NCBI GenBank assembly: GCA_900544285.1 | Contig: UQUT01000005.1 | Location: 5,251-69,250, forward strand | Direction of reading: 5' to 3' | Origin: an uncultured Eubacterium sp. | GTDB taxonomy: Bacteria; Bacillota; Clostridia; Oscillospirales; CAG-272 | DNA length: 64,000 bases | Shown here: in pieces, positions 38,116 to 47,643 of the stretch | How the letters are laid out: the number at the start of each line of letters is the position of its first letter | Position numbering within the stretch: position 1 is the first letter of the stretch | Program-made: the position numbers and the translations under genes | The notes under the pieces: model-generated | Database searches by the model: none | Told to the model about the DNA's origin: nothing | Seen by the model: the letters and a program-made list of their open reading frames with translations, nothing else

Positions 38116-39060
38116 ATGAACAAAATCTCAATCATCGGAACCGGAAGCGTAGGTTCCACAATCGCGTATTCCCTTGCGATACTCGGAATGGCGTCTGAAA
38201 TAGTCATGATAGACATAAACAGCGAGAAGGCTCTCGGCGAAGCGCTCGATATCAGACAGGGCACTCCCTTCTGCAGTCCCTGCTCCATTTATGCCGGAAG
38301 CTACCCCGACGCGGCAGGCTCGAACATCGTCATTCTCACATCGGGCATTGCAAGAAAACCCGGTCAGTCGCGCCTTGAGCTCGCGCAGACAAACGTAAAC
38401 ATAACAAAGAGTATTATCCCCGAGATAACAAAATACGCTCCGGACGCAACATACATAATCGTAAGCAACCCCGTGGATATCCTTACTTATACATTCCACA
38501 AATTTTCGGACCTGCCCGAAAACCGCATAATCGGCTCGGGAACAATCCTCGACACCGCACGTCTCCGCGCAAGACTCTCCGAATATTACAACATCAGCCA
38601 GAGCAACGTTCACGCTTATGTTTTCGGCGAGCACGGCGATTCCTCATTCATTCCGTGGTCGGTTGCGAACATCTCAAACGTGCCGATTTCAAAATGCAAT
38701 GAACTGATTTCCCTTCCGGGCATGGAAAGCCCCGCTCTCAATTTTGACGAAATCGAACAGTACGTAAGAAAGTCCGGCGGCAGAGTCATCGCGCGCAAGG
38801 GCGCAACCTTCTATGCGGTATCGATTTCCGTTTGCCACATATGCAAATGCCTGCTTGCGGGAATAGATACAACGATGACCGTTTCCACAATGATGCACGG
38901 CGAATACGGCATAGACGACGTCTGCCTCAGCACTCTCAACCTTGTCGGTCACGACGGCATAAGAGGCAAGGTAAACGTACCGCTGACGGATGAAGAAACC
39001 GCAAAGCTCCGTTTCAGCGCGGACACCCTCAAGGGCGTAATCAAGAACCTCAATATCTGA
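38116..39060 (+). CDS. mdh: LDH-family 2-hydroxyacid dehydrogenase, predicted malate dehydrogenase
   Basis: IIGTGSVGST Rossmann motif and GEHGDS catalytic loop. The substrate-selectivity position reads GIARKPGQSR, with Arg where LDHs have Gln102. GGGAGG RBS. Start moved to MNKISI. Confidence 0.6.
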   Translation: MNKISIIGTGSVGSTIAYSLAILGMASEIVMIDINSEKALGEALDIRQGTPFCSPCSIYAGSYPDAAGSNIVILTSGIARKPGQSRLELAQTNVNITKSIIPEITKYAPDATYIIVSNPVDILTYTFHKFSDLPENRIIGSGTILDTARLRARLSEYYNISQSNVHAYVFGEHGDSSFIPWSVANISNVPISKCNELISLPGMESPALNFDEIEQYVRKSGGRVIARKGATFYAVSISVCHICKCLLAGIDTTMTVSTMMHGEYGIDDVCLSTLNLVGHDGIRGKVNVPLTDEETAKLRFSADTLKGVIKNLNI

Positions 39061-39090
39061 TAATATCCGGTAAAAGGACGGTAAGCAAAG

Positions 39091-40467
39091 ATGGAATATC
39101 GCATTGAACACGACTCTATGGGCGAGGTCAAAGTCCCCGCCGACCGCCTGTGGGCAGCACAGACGGAAAGAAGTCATGAAAACTTCAGAATAGGCGTTGA
39201 CATCGAAACAATGCCGAGAGAAATAACACACGCATTCGGTATCCTCAAAAAGGCGGCGGCAATGGCAAACGCCGAGCTCCGCCCCGAAAAAATGACGGCG
39301 GAAAAGCTCGCTGTCATCTCGCAGGCGTGCGACGAGGTGATATCCGGAAGTCTCAATGACCACTTCCCTCTCGTCGTATGGCAGACGGGCTCGGGCACGC
39401 AATCGAACATGAACGCAAACGAGGTCATCGCAAACAGAGCAAACCAGCTCGCCGGAGCAAAGCTCTGCCACCCGAACGACGATATAAACATGAGCCAGTC
39501 GTCAAACGACACCTTCCCGACGGCGATGCACATCTCCGCCGTCACCGCAATAGAGGATAAGCTCCTCCCCGCCATTGAAGCTCTCATCGCAACCTTCAAA
39601 CGCCTTGAAGAGGAAAACGAAGGCATAGTCAAGTCCGGCAGAACGCACCTTCAGGACGCAACGCCGATTAAATTCAGCCAGGAAATTTCGGGCTGGAGGT
39701 CAAGCCTTGAAAGAGACGCGGAGCTTCTCCGCATGGCGGTAAAGCCGCTTTATGAGCTTGCTCTCGGCGGAACGGCTGTCGGCACGGGACTCAATGCTCC
39801 CAAGGGCTTTGCGGAGCTCGTTGCGGAAAAGGTTGCTCTTTTGACGGGCAAGCCCTTTGTGACGGCTGAAAACAAATTCCACGCGCTCACCTCAAAGGAT
39901 GAGCTTGTATTCGCTCACGGCGCAATAAAAGCCACCGCATGCGATATGATGAAAATAGCAAACGACGTCCGCTGGCTGGCATCCGGTCCGCGTGACGGTC
40001 TCGGCGAGATACACATTCCCGAAAACGAGCCCGGCTCGTCGATAATGCCCGGAAAGGTCAACCCGACGCAATGTGAAGCCGTAACGATGGTTGCCGTTCA
40101 GGTCATGGGCAATGACGTTGCCGTCGGCATGGCGGCTTCGCAGGGCAACTTTGAGCTCAACGTTTTCATGCCCGTCGCCGCATATAATTTCCTTCAGTCC
40201 GCCCGCCTGCTCGCGGAAGCAATAGTTTCCTTCAACGTAAACTGCGCTGTCGGCATAACGGCAAACAAGGAAAAAATGTATCACAATCTGCACAATTCCC
40301 TCATGCTCGTCACGGCGCTCAACCCTTACATCGGTTATGAAAACGCCGCAAAAACGGCAAAGAAGGCTTTCAAGGACAACATTTCGCTGAAAGAAGCGTG
40401 CGTTGAGCTCGGCTTCCTCACGGCGGAAAAATTCGATGAGGTGTTCCATCCCGAGCAGATGGTATAA
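39091..40467 (+). CDS. fumC: Class II fumarate hydratase
   Basis: 458 aa. MEYRIEHDSMGEVKVPADRLWAAQT and the GSSIMPGKVNPTQCEA signature. Confidence 0.9.
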   Translation: MEYRIEHDSMGEVKVPADRLWAAQTERSHENFRIGVDIETMPREITHAFGILKKAAAMANAELRPEKMTAEKLAVISQACDEVISGSLNDHFPLVVWQTGSGTQSNMNANEVIANRANQLAGAKLCHPNDDINMSQSSNDTFPTAMHISAVTAIEDKLLPAIEALIATFKRLEEENEGIVKSGRTHLQDATPIKFSQEISGWRSSLERDAELLRMAVKPLYELALGGTAVGTGLNAPKGFAELVAEKVALLTGKPFVTAENKFHALTSKDELVFAHGAIKATACDMMKIANDVRWLASGPRDGLGEIHIPENEPGSSIMPGKVNPTQCEAVTMVAVQVMGNDVAVGMAASQGNFELNVFMPVAAYNFLQSARLLAEAIVSFNVNCAVGITANKEKMYHNLHNSLMLVTALNPYIGYENAAKTAKKAFKDNISLKEACVELGFLTAEKFDEVFHPEQMV

Positions 40468-40485
40468 CAATTGACGGAGGTAAAT

Positions 40486-41298
40486 ATGAAAGTAAGTTAT
40501 TTCCCCGGCTGCACTCTCAAAACAAAGGCGAAGGATCTTGATCTTTATGCCCGCAGGAGCGCGGAGGCGCTCGGCATTGAGATGTGCGAAATTGAAAACT
40601 GGCAGTGCTGCGGAGGGGTATTCGTTTCGGCAAAGGACGAAATCGCTTCAAAGTTGTCAAGCGTTCGCGCGCTTATTGCCGCGCGTGACTCCGGCACTCC
40701 GCTTGTAACGGTATGCTCCGCGTGTCACAACATCATAAAGCAGACGAACGCCGCAATGCGGACGGATGAAGACTTTGCAAAAAAGGTCAACCTTTATATG
40801 TCGCAGGACAAAAACCCTTCCGAGCCTTATCACGGCGAGACTGCGGTATATCATTATCTTGAACTTCTGCGGGACACCGTCGGCTTTGACAAAATAAAAG
40901 AGGCTGTCAGAAATCCGCTCACCGGAAAGAAAATCGCCGCATATTACGGCTGTATGCTTCTCCGCCCGAACAAGGTAATGCGTTTTGACGACCCCGAAAA
41001 TCCGACGCTTATGGAAAACTTCATAAGAGCTATCGGTGCGGAGCCCGTCATCTATCCGCAGAGAAACGAATGTTGCGGCGGATACGTTGCTCTTGAAGAC
41101 GCAGAGCTTGCAAAGAAGAAGAGTCTTTCCGTAAGCGAAGGCGCAAAGGATCACGGCGCAGAGATGATTGTCACCGCATGCCCGCTCTGCAAATACAATC
41201 TTGTAAAGAGCGGAAGCGAAATTCCCGTTATATACTTTACCGAGCTTCTGGCAGGGGCGCTCGGCGTAAAGGAGGATAAAAATGCAGAACAAAAATGA
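40486..41298 (+). CDS. hdrB: Heterodisulfide reductase subunit B-like protein (two CCG domains)
   Basis: YFPGC...WQCCGG...VCSAC and YYGC...NECCGG...ACPLC, both CCG motifs complete. GGAGG RBS. Confidence 0.8.
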   Translation: MKVSYFPGCTLKTKAKDLDLYARRSAEALGIEMCEIENWQCCGGVFVSAKDEIASKLSSVRALIAARDSGTPLVTVCSACHNIIKQTNAAMRTDEDFAKKVNLYMSQDKNPSEPYHGETAVYHYLELLRDTVGFDKIKEAVRNPLTGKKIAAYYGCMLLRPNKVMRFDDPENPTLMENFIRAIGAEPVIYPQRNECCGGYVALEDAELAKKKSLSVSEGAKDHGAEMIVTACPLCKYNLVKSGSEIPVIYFTELLAGALGVKEDKNAEQK

Positions 41299-41674
41299 GC
41301 TTGTGCGCGAGCAGGTTCTCCGCATGAGCGGAGTAAATCCGAGAAAATGCATGCGTTGCGGCAAATGCTCGGCAACATGCCCGTCGTATGACGAAATGGA
41401 ATATCATCCTCATCAGTTTGTCTATATGGTCGAAAACGGCGATATCGAAACGCTGATGAATTCCCCCTCCGTTTACAAATGTCTTTCGTGCTTTGCCTGC
41501 GTCGACCGTTGTCCGAGAGACGTTGAGCCCGCAAAGCTGATCGAGGCGCTTCGCCTCTGCGTCATTCGCGAGAAGGACAAAAATCATATGACGGCGGACG
41601 ACATTCCGTCGCTTATAGACGAGGATATGCCCCAGCAGGCACTCGTCAGCGCTATGAGAAAATATTCAAAATAA
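41282..41674 (+). CDS. hdrC: Heterodisulfide reductase subunit C-like 2x[4Fe-4S] protein
   Basis: CMRCGKCSATCP and CLSCFACVDRCP. Overlaps hdrB by 17 nt. Confidence 0.75.
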   Translation: MQNKNELVREQVLRMSGVNPRKCMRCGKCSATCPSYDEMEYHPHQFVYMVENGDIETLMNSPSVYKCLSCFACVDRCPRDVEPAKLIEALRLCVIREKDKNHMTADDIPSLIDEDMPQQALVSAMRKYSK

Positions 41675-41692
41675 GAGAGGAGAAAACGATAA

Positions 41693-43687
41693 ATGCAGAG
41701 AATCGGAGTTTTTGTCTGCCATTGCGGCACTAACATTGCCGGCACGGTGGACGTCAAAGCCGTGGCGGAAGCACTGAAAAACGAACAGGGCGTTGTTTTC
41801 TCCACGGATTATCAGTATATGTGTTCCCAGTCGGGACAGAACATAATAAAAGAAGCAATCGCAGAGCACCATCTGACGGGTATCGTCGTATGCTCCTGCT
41901 CGCCCCGTATGCACGAGGTAACCTTCCGCAAAACGGCGGCTGCCGCAGGACTCAACCCCTATATGGTTGAAATTGCAAACATCCGTGAGCAGTGCTCGTG
42001 GGTACATAAGGATATGCCTATCGGAACGGAAAAGGCAATCATCCTTGCAAAAGCGGCTGTGGCAAAGGTCAACCTCAACGCTCCGCTGACACCGGGAGAA
42101 AGCCCCGTGACAAAGCGTGCGCTTGTTATCGGCGGCGGTATTGCCGGAATTCAGACAGCGCTTGACATTGCCGACGCGGGCTTCCCCGTCGACATTGTCG
42201 AAACAAAGCCGACAATCGGCGGCAAGATGGCGCAGCTTGACAAAACCTTCCCCACCCTTGACTGCGCGGCTTGTATCCTCACACCGAAAATGGTTGACGT
42301 TGCGCAGAATGAGAAGATACGCATTTTCTCATATTCCGAGGTTACGGACGTAAAAGGCTTCGTCGGCAATTTTGACGTAACGATAAAGCGCAAAGCGCGC
42401 TATGTAAAAGAGGATATCTGCACGGGTTGCGGACTCTGCACGGAAAAATGCCCGCAGAAGAAGGTTCCGAACGAATTCAACCTCGGTATGGATAATCGCC
42501 ATGCAATCTATATTCCCTTTGCGCAGGCAGTACCGAAGGTTGCAACAATCGACCCCAATTACTGCACAATGCTGAAAACAGGCAAATGCGGCGTATGCTC
42601 CAAGGTCTGCACCGCGGGCGCAATCGACTACAACGCAAAGGACGAATTCATTGAAGAAAAATACGGCGCAATCGTCGTCGCAACGGGCTTCAACCCCATT
42701 TCAATGGAAAAATTCGACGAGTTCGCATATTCGCAGTCAAAGGACGTCATCACCTCGCTTGAGCTCGAACGTCTGATGAACGCGGCAGGACCCACTGGCG
42801 GCACGCTTCTCCGTCCGTCCGACGGCAAGCACCCGCACACGATAGTTTTCGTTCAGTGCGTCGGTTCGCGTTGCGCGGCTTGCTCCGAAAAGGGCAAGGA
42901 ATACTGCTCAAAGATATGCTGTATGTACACGGCAAAGCATGCCATGCTCATACGCGACAAATATCCCGATACGGACGTATACGTTTTCTATATAGACGTC
43001 CGTACACCCGGCAAGAATTTTGATGAATTCTATCGCCGCGCCGTTGAAGAATACGGCGTGCATTATATAAAAGGTATGGTCGGCAAGGTCTGTCCGGACG
43101 GCGACAAGCTGAAGGTTCAGGCTTCGGACCTTATCTACGGAAAACAGCTCCATATCGACGCCGACCTCGTCGTTCTTGCGGCGGCTATCGAACCCGATAA
43201 GTCCGCAAGACACCTTGCAACTCTCCTTACGGCGAGCATGGACACAAACGACTTCTTCACGGAGGCTCATCCCAAGCTCCGTCCCGTTGAAAGTCCGACG
43301 GCGGGCGTGTTCCTCTCCGGAACATGTCAGGGCCCGAAGGACATTCCGGAAACGGTCGCTCAGGCAGGAGCCGCGGCTTCAAAGGTAATCGGGCTTCTCT
43401 GCAAAGACAAGCTGACAGGTAACCCCTGCGTCGCCCATCCGGACGAAATGATGTGCAACGGCTGCTCGACCTGCGAAAAGGTCTGCCCTTACGGCGCGAT
43501 CTCGTATATCGACAAGGAATTCCGCATGCCGGACAGAACAACAAAGGTTCGCCGCGTTGCAACGGTAAACGAGGCGGTATGTCAGGGCTGCGGCGCGTGC
43601 ACGGTCGCTTGTATGTCGGGCGCGATGGATCTGAGAGGCTTCTCAAGCAAACAAATAATGGCGGAGGTTGACGCAATATGCAAGTAA
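41693..43687 (+). CDS. hdrA: Heterodisulfide reductase subunit A-like flavoprotein
   Basis: 664 aa. N-terminal Cys domain (VFVCHCGTN...CSCSPRMHE...REQCSW), FAD fold VIGGGIAGIQTALDIADAG, inserted ferredoxin (CTGCGLCTEKCP, CGVCSKVC) and C-terminal ferredoxin (CNGCSTCEKVCP, CQGCGACTVAC). Confidence 0.85.
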   Translation: MQRIGVFVCHCGTNIAGTVDVKAVAEALKNEQGVVFSTDYQYMCSQSGQNIIKEAIAEHHLTGIVVCSCSPRMHEVTFRKTAAAAGLNPYMVEIANIREQCSWVHKDMPIGTEKAIILAKAAVAKVNLNAPLTPGESPVTKRALVIGGGIAGIQTALDIADAGFPVDIVETKPTIGGKMAQLDKTFPTLDCAACILTPKMVDVAQNEKIRIFSYSEVTDVKGFVGNFDVTIKRKARYVKEDICTGCGLCTEKCPQKKVPNEFNLGMDNRHAIYIPFAQAVPKVATIDPNYCTMLKTGKCGVCSKVCTAGAIDYNAKDEFIEEKYGAIVVATGFNPISMEKFDEFAYSQSKDVITSLELERLMNAAGPTGGTLLRPSDGKHPHTIVFVQCVGSRCAACSEKGKEYCSKICCMYTAKHAMLIRDKYPDTDVYVFYIDVRTPGKNFDEFYRRAVEEYGVHYIKGMVGKVCPDGDKLKVQASDLIYGKQLHIDADLVVLAAAIEPDKSARHLATLLTASMDTNDFFTEAHPKLRPVESPTAGVFLSGTCQGPKDIPETVAQAGAAASKVIGLLCKDKLTGNPCVAHPDEMMCNGCSTCEKVCPYGAISYIDKEFRMPDRTTKVRRVATVNEAVCQGCGACTVACMSGAMDLRGFSSKQIMAEVDAICK

Positions 43688-44112
43688 ACGAATATAAGCC
43701 CCTTATCGTGGCGTTTTGCTGTAACTGGTGCTCATATGCGGGAGCAGACCTTGCGGGAAATAACCGCCTGAATTACCCCGCCGATGTCAAAATCATCCGT
43801 GTTCCCTGCTCGTGCAGAGTAAACCCGATGTTCATTCTCCGCGCTTTTCAGAGAGGCGCGGACGGAGTTATAATCTGCGGTTGCCATCCGGGCGACTGCC
43901 ATTACACCTCCGGAAACTACTATACCCGAAGACGTATGTCTCTGCTCTTCTCCATGCTCGATTATCTCGGCATTGAAAGAGAGAGAACAAGAGTTGAGTG
44001 GGTATCGGCGGCGGAAGGCGCAAAATTCGCCGCAACAATGAACGATTTTGCGGAAAAAGTCGCCGCACTCGGCGAAAACAAGAGATTGGAGGACTTAAGA
44101 TGCAAGAAATAA
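43678..44112 (+). CDS. mvhD: MvhD/FlxD-like iron-sulfur protein
   Basis: VAFCCNWCSYAGADLAG...IRVPCSCRV...GADGVIICGCHPGDCHY. Overlaps hdrA by 10 nt. Confidence 0.8.
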   Translation: MQVNEYKPLIVAFCCNWCSYAGADLAGNNRLNYPADVKIIRVPCSCRVNPMFILRAFQRGADGVIICGCHPGDCHYTSGNYYTRRRMSLLFSMLDYLGIERERTRVEWVSAAEGAKFAATMNDFAEKVAALGENKRLEDLRCKK

Positions 44113-45092
44113 AACGTGCAGCTCTTATAAAAAGAGCTTCTGAACTGCTTTCAGACGGCACAGCGGACAGAGTCCTCGGCTGGAAGGCAGGCGAATTTGA
44201 CTATGACGTCACCCCTGCGGTGTTCCATAGCGCAGAGGAGCTTGAAAAGGATTTTGTATGGGGCGACTTCTGCGGCGCAAACTTTTCAAAATATCTCATA
44301 AAAGAAACTCAGAAGGGCGACGGAAAGGTTATCGTTTTTCTCAAGCCCTGCGACACATACAGTTTTAATCAGCTCCTCACCGAGCACCGCTTTGACCGCG
44401 AAAAGGTCTATGCAATCGGCATCCCCTGCGACGGTATGCTCGATATCACAAAGATAAAGTCCATGGCGGACGGCGTTTTATCCGTAAAGAGCGAAGGCGA
44501 CGAGGTTGAAATCGAAACGCTTTATGACGGCGTCATAAAAGAAAATAGAGAAAACCTCCTTCCCGACAGATGCGTTCATTGCAAGTCCAAAAAGCACGTT
44601 TCGTATGACGAGCTTATGGGAGAGGACGGAGAGGTTCTCGACGGCGGACGCTTCGACGAGGTTGAAAAGCTGGAAAAAATGACGGCTGACGAGCGCTTCG
44701 CGTTCTGGCAGGAAGAGCTCTCCCGTTGCATACGCTGCAACGCCTGCCGCGACGTCTGCCCCGCATGCACATGCGAAAAATGCGTTTTCGACAATCCGAA
44801 TTCCGGCGTTGAAAACAAAGCGGCGGCAAACTCCTTTGAGGACAGCATGTTCCACATCATCCGCGCGTTCCACGTTGCGGGAAGATGCACGGACTGCGGC
44901 GAATGCTCCCGGGTATGCCCTCAGCACATTCCGCTTCACCTCCTCAACCGCAAATTCATAAAGGATATAAACAGCTTCTACGGCGACTATCAGGCGGGAG
45001 AGACCGTCGGCAGTCGCGCGCCCGTCGTCAACTATTCGCAGGACGATATCGAGCCCTCGGAGGCTGTCGAAAGGGGTGGCGACAATGCGTAA
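44100..45092 (+). CDS. Fe-S protein, FlxB/FlxC / HydB / AsrA-like (2x[4Fe-4S])
   Basis: CIRCNACRDVCPACTCEKC and CTDCGECSRVCP. ATG at 44100, 6 nt after GGAGGA. Overlaps mvhD by 13 nt. Confidence 0.6.
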   Translation: MQEIKRAALIKRASELLSDGTADRVLGWKAGEFDYDVTPAVFHSAEELEKDFVWGDFCGANFSKYLIKETQKGDGKVIVFLKPCDTYSFNQLLTEHRFDREKVYAIGIPCDGMLDITKIKSMADGVLSVKSEGDEVEIETLYDGVIKENRENLLPDRCVHCKSKKHVSYDELMGEDGEVLDGGRFDEVEKLEKMTADERFAFWQEELSRCIRCNACRDVCPACTCEKCVFDNPNSGVENKAAANSFEDSMFHIIRAFHVAGRCTDCGECSRVCPQHIPLHLLNRKFIKDINSFYGDYQAGETVGSRAPVVNYSQDDIEPSEAVERGGDNA

Positions 45093-46110
45093 AATCTCAA
45101 TTGACAAACTGAATTCGCTTTTCTCCGCCATTGCGGAAAATGAAACGCTTTATCTCCCCGTCGACACGAAGGCGGGCGCGAGATTTGAAAAATGGCATGA
45201 CGGCGCAGTCCTTTCGGACGCGCTGAACACAGTCCGCAGCGCAAAGGACTTCTTCTTCCCGCAGACGGAAAATCTCATGGATTTCAAGGTCGACGGAAAG
45301 AATATAGAAATTATCGACACGAGAGAGGAATGTGAGGATTTCGTCCTCTTCGGCGTGCGCGCGTGCGACGTCAAAAGCTTTGAAATTCTGGACAGAGTAT
45401 TCCTCGCCGAGCCTGTCGACAGTTATTATAAAAACCGTCGCGAGCACGGCGTGATAATGTCGCTCGCATGCACAAAGCCGCACGAAACGTGCTTTTGCGG
45501 AACGTTCGGCATAGACGCTTCCTCCCCCGAGGGAGATATCGTCTGCCACATGACAGGCGACGCCCTCTGTATGGACGCAAAAACCGAAAAGGGCAAGGCT
45601 CTGCTTTCAAGGCTCGATTCTCTCACGGAGGAAACGGACGGAAAAGCCGTCGAAGAGCAGAAAAAGGTCACAAAGGAACGCCTTGCAAAGCTCCCGCTCG
45701 CGAGCCTTTCGGCGGACAGCTTCGGCGCGGGCAAAACGGAGAAATTCTTCGGCGCTCCCGAATGGAAGGAGCTTTCGCAGGCGTGTCTCGGTTGCGGAAC
45801 GTGTACCTTCGTCTGCCCGACGTGTCAGTGCTACGACATAAAGGACTTCAACACCGGTCACGGCGTAAAACGCTTCCGTTGCTGGGACTCGTGCATGTAT
45901 TCGGACTTTACGAAAATGTCCGCAGGTCAGCCGAGACTCACCCAGCTCGAACGCTTCCGTCAGAGATTCATGCATAAACTTGTGTATTATCCCACGAACA
46001 ACGGCGGACTCTTTTCGTGCGTCGGCTGCGGAAGATGTCTTTCCAAATGCCCCATTCAGATGAACATTGTAAAGGTAATGAAAAAGCTGGGAGGAAAAGA
46101 AAATGATTGA
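45085..46110 (+). CDS. Fe-S protein, HydB/AsrA/FlxB-C-like (2x[4Fe-4S])
   Basis: CLGCGTCTFVCPTCQCYD and CVGCGRCLSKCP. Overlaps the previous gene by 8 nt. An alternative GTG start is at 45076. Confidence 0.6.
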   Translation: MRKISIDKLNSLFSAIAENETLYLPVDTKAGARFEKWHDGAVLSDALNTVRSAKDFFFPQTENLMDFKVDGKNIEIIDTREECEDFVLFGVRACDVKSFEILDRVFLAEPVDSYYKNRREHGVIMSLACTKPHETCFCGTFGIDASSPEGDIVCHMTGDALCMDAKTEKGKALLSRLDSLTEETDGKAVEEQKKVTKERLAKLPLASLSADSFGAGKTEKFFGAPEWKELSQACLGCGTCTFVCPTCQCYDIKDFNTGHGVKRFRCWDSCMYSDFTKMSAGQPRLTQLERFRQRFMHKLVYYPTNNGGLFSCVGCGRCLSKCPIQMNIVKVMKKLGGKEND

Positions 46111-46936
46111 TGTAAAAGAACCTCTTATCCCGAAAATCGGCGTCGTTACCGATATCCGCATAGACACGCCCGACGTAAAGACTTTCAGAGTCGTTACGCC
46201 GGACGGCAAAAAGGCTTTTGAACACAAGCCCGGTCAGTGCGCAATGCTCTCCGTTCCCGGTGTGGGCGAGGCGATGTTTTCGATAACCTCCTCGCCGACA
46301 AATGAGGAATATATGGAATTCTCCATCAAAAAATGCGGCTGTGTGACAGAATGGCTCCATTCAATGGAAGTAGGTCAGCAGATAACAATCAGAGGTCCCT
46401 ACGGCAGACCGTTCCCCGTCGATACGGAATTTGTCGGCAAGGATATGCTCTTTATCGCGGGCGGTATCGGTCTTGCTCCGCTCCGCTCCGTCATAAACTA
46501 CTGCCGTCACTACCGCGACCGCTACGGAAAAATCGACATTGTTTACGGCTCCCGCAGCATGCAGGACCTTGTCGACTATAAAGAAATAATCGACGAATGG
46601 GCAAACGACGCAGGCGTGACCGTACACCTGACAATCGACCGCGAACAGCCCGAGTGGACGGGCCACGTCGGCTTTGTACCGAACTACGTAAAGGAGCTGG
46701 CATTCTCTCCGGATAAAATCGCAATTCTCTGCGGTCCCCCGATAATGATCAAGTTCACCCTTGCGGGACTTACGGAGCTCGGCTTTGAAAAAACGCAGGT
46801 CTATACAACGCTTGAGCTTCGCATGAAATGCGGTATCGGCAAATGCGGAAGATGCAACGTCGGCGCAAAATACGTCTGCAAGGACGGTCCCGTATTCCGT
46901 CTCGACGAGCTTGACGAGCTTCCCGACGAATATTGA
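46103..46936 (+). CDS. FAD/NAD(P)H-binding [2Fe-2S] oxidoreductase subunit (FlxA / HydG / AsrB / PyrK-like)
   Basis: FNR-like fold (AMFSITSSP, MLFIAGGIGLAPLRS) and C-terminal CGIGKCGRCNV...C. Overlaps the previous gene by 8 nt. Confidence 0.7.
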   Translation: MIDVKEPLIPKIGVVTDIRIDTPDVKTFRVVTPDGKKAFEHKPGQCAMLSVPGVGEAMFSITSSPTNEEYMEFSIKKCGCVTEWLHSMEVGQQITIRGPYGRPFPVDTEFVGKDMLFIAGGIGLAPLRSVINYCRHYRDRYGKIDIVYGSRSMQDLVDYKEIIDEWANDAGVTVHLTIDREQPEWTGHVGFVPNYVKELAFSPDKIAILCGPPIMIKFTLAGLTELGFEKTQVYTTLELRMKCGIGKCGRCNVGAKYVCKDGPVFRLDELDELPDEY

Positions 46937-46954
46937 TAAAAGGAGATATGCCAT

Positions 46955-47629
46955 ATGGAAAACATGGTTGATATATATCTGTTCGGCAAAAAATATTCCG
47001 TTCCGGACGATCTGACTATTATGCGCGCAATGGAATATGCGGGCTATCAGCTCGTGCGCGGTTGCGGCTGTCGTAACGGCTTTTGCGGCGCGTGCGCAAC
47101 AATCTATCGCATAAAGGGAGACAGAACTCTCCGCACCTGCCTTGCATGTCAGACGAAGGTTGAAAACAACATGTATGTTGCAACTCTTCCCTTCTTCCCT
47201 CTCATAAAGCAGGTTTACGACATTGAAAAAATCAAGCCGACAGAGCAGATAATGATGCAGCTCTATCCGGAAATATACGCATGCGTCGGCTGTAATGCCT
47301 GCACAAAGGCTTGCCCTCAGGGACTGAACGTAATGCAGTATATCGCTTACGCTCAGAGAGGCGAATACGAAAAGTGCGCGGAAGAGTCGTTTGACTGCGT
47401 AATGTGCGGAATATGCTCGTCACGCTGTCCTGCCGGAATATCTCATCCGCAGGTTGCAATGCTCGCGCGCCGTCTCAACGGCAAGTATCTCGCGCCGAAG
47501 TCCGAGCATCTTGAAAACCGCGTAAAAGAGATAAAGGACGGCACATTTACGGAGCTTCTCGAATCGCTCATGGGCAAGCCCATTGAAGAGATGAAAGAGC
47601 TTTACAACAACAGAGATATTGAAAAATAA
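46955..47629 (+). CDS. Succinate dehydrogenase/fumarate reductase iron-sulfur subunit-like protein
   Basis: N-terminal plant-type 2Fe-2S motif CRNGFCGACATIY...C, then CVGCNACTKACP and CVMCGICSSRCP. Confidence 0.7.
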   Translation: MENMVDIYLFGKKYSVPDDLTIMRAMEYAGYQLVRGCGCRNGFCGACATIYRIKGDRTLRTCLACQTKVENNMYVATLPFFPLIKQVYDIEKIKPTEQIMMQLYPEIYACVGCNACTKACPQGLNVMQYIAYAQRGEYEKCAEESFDCVMCGICSSRCPAGISHPQVAMLARRLNGKYLAPKSEHLENRVKEIKDGTFTELLESLMGKPIEEMKELYNNRDIEK

Positions 47630-47643
47630 GGGAGGGCAAAAAG

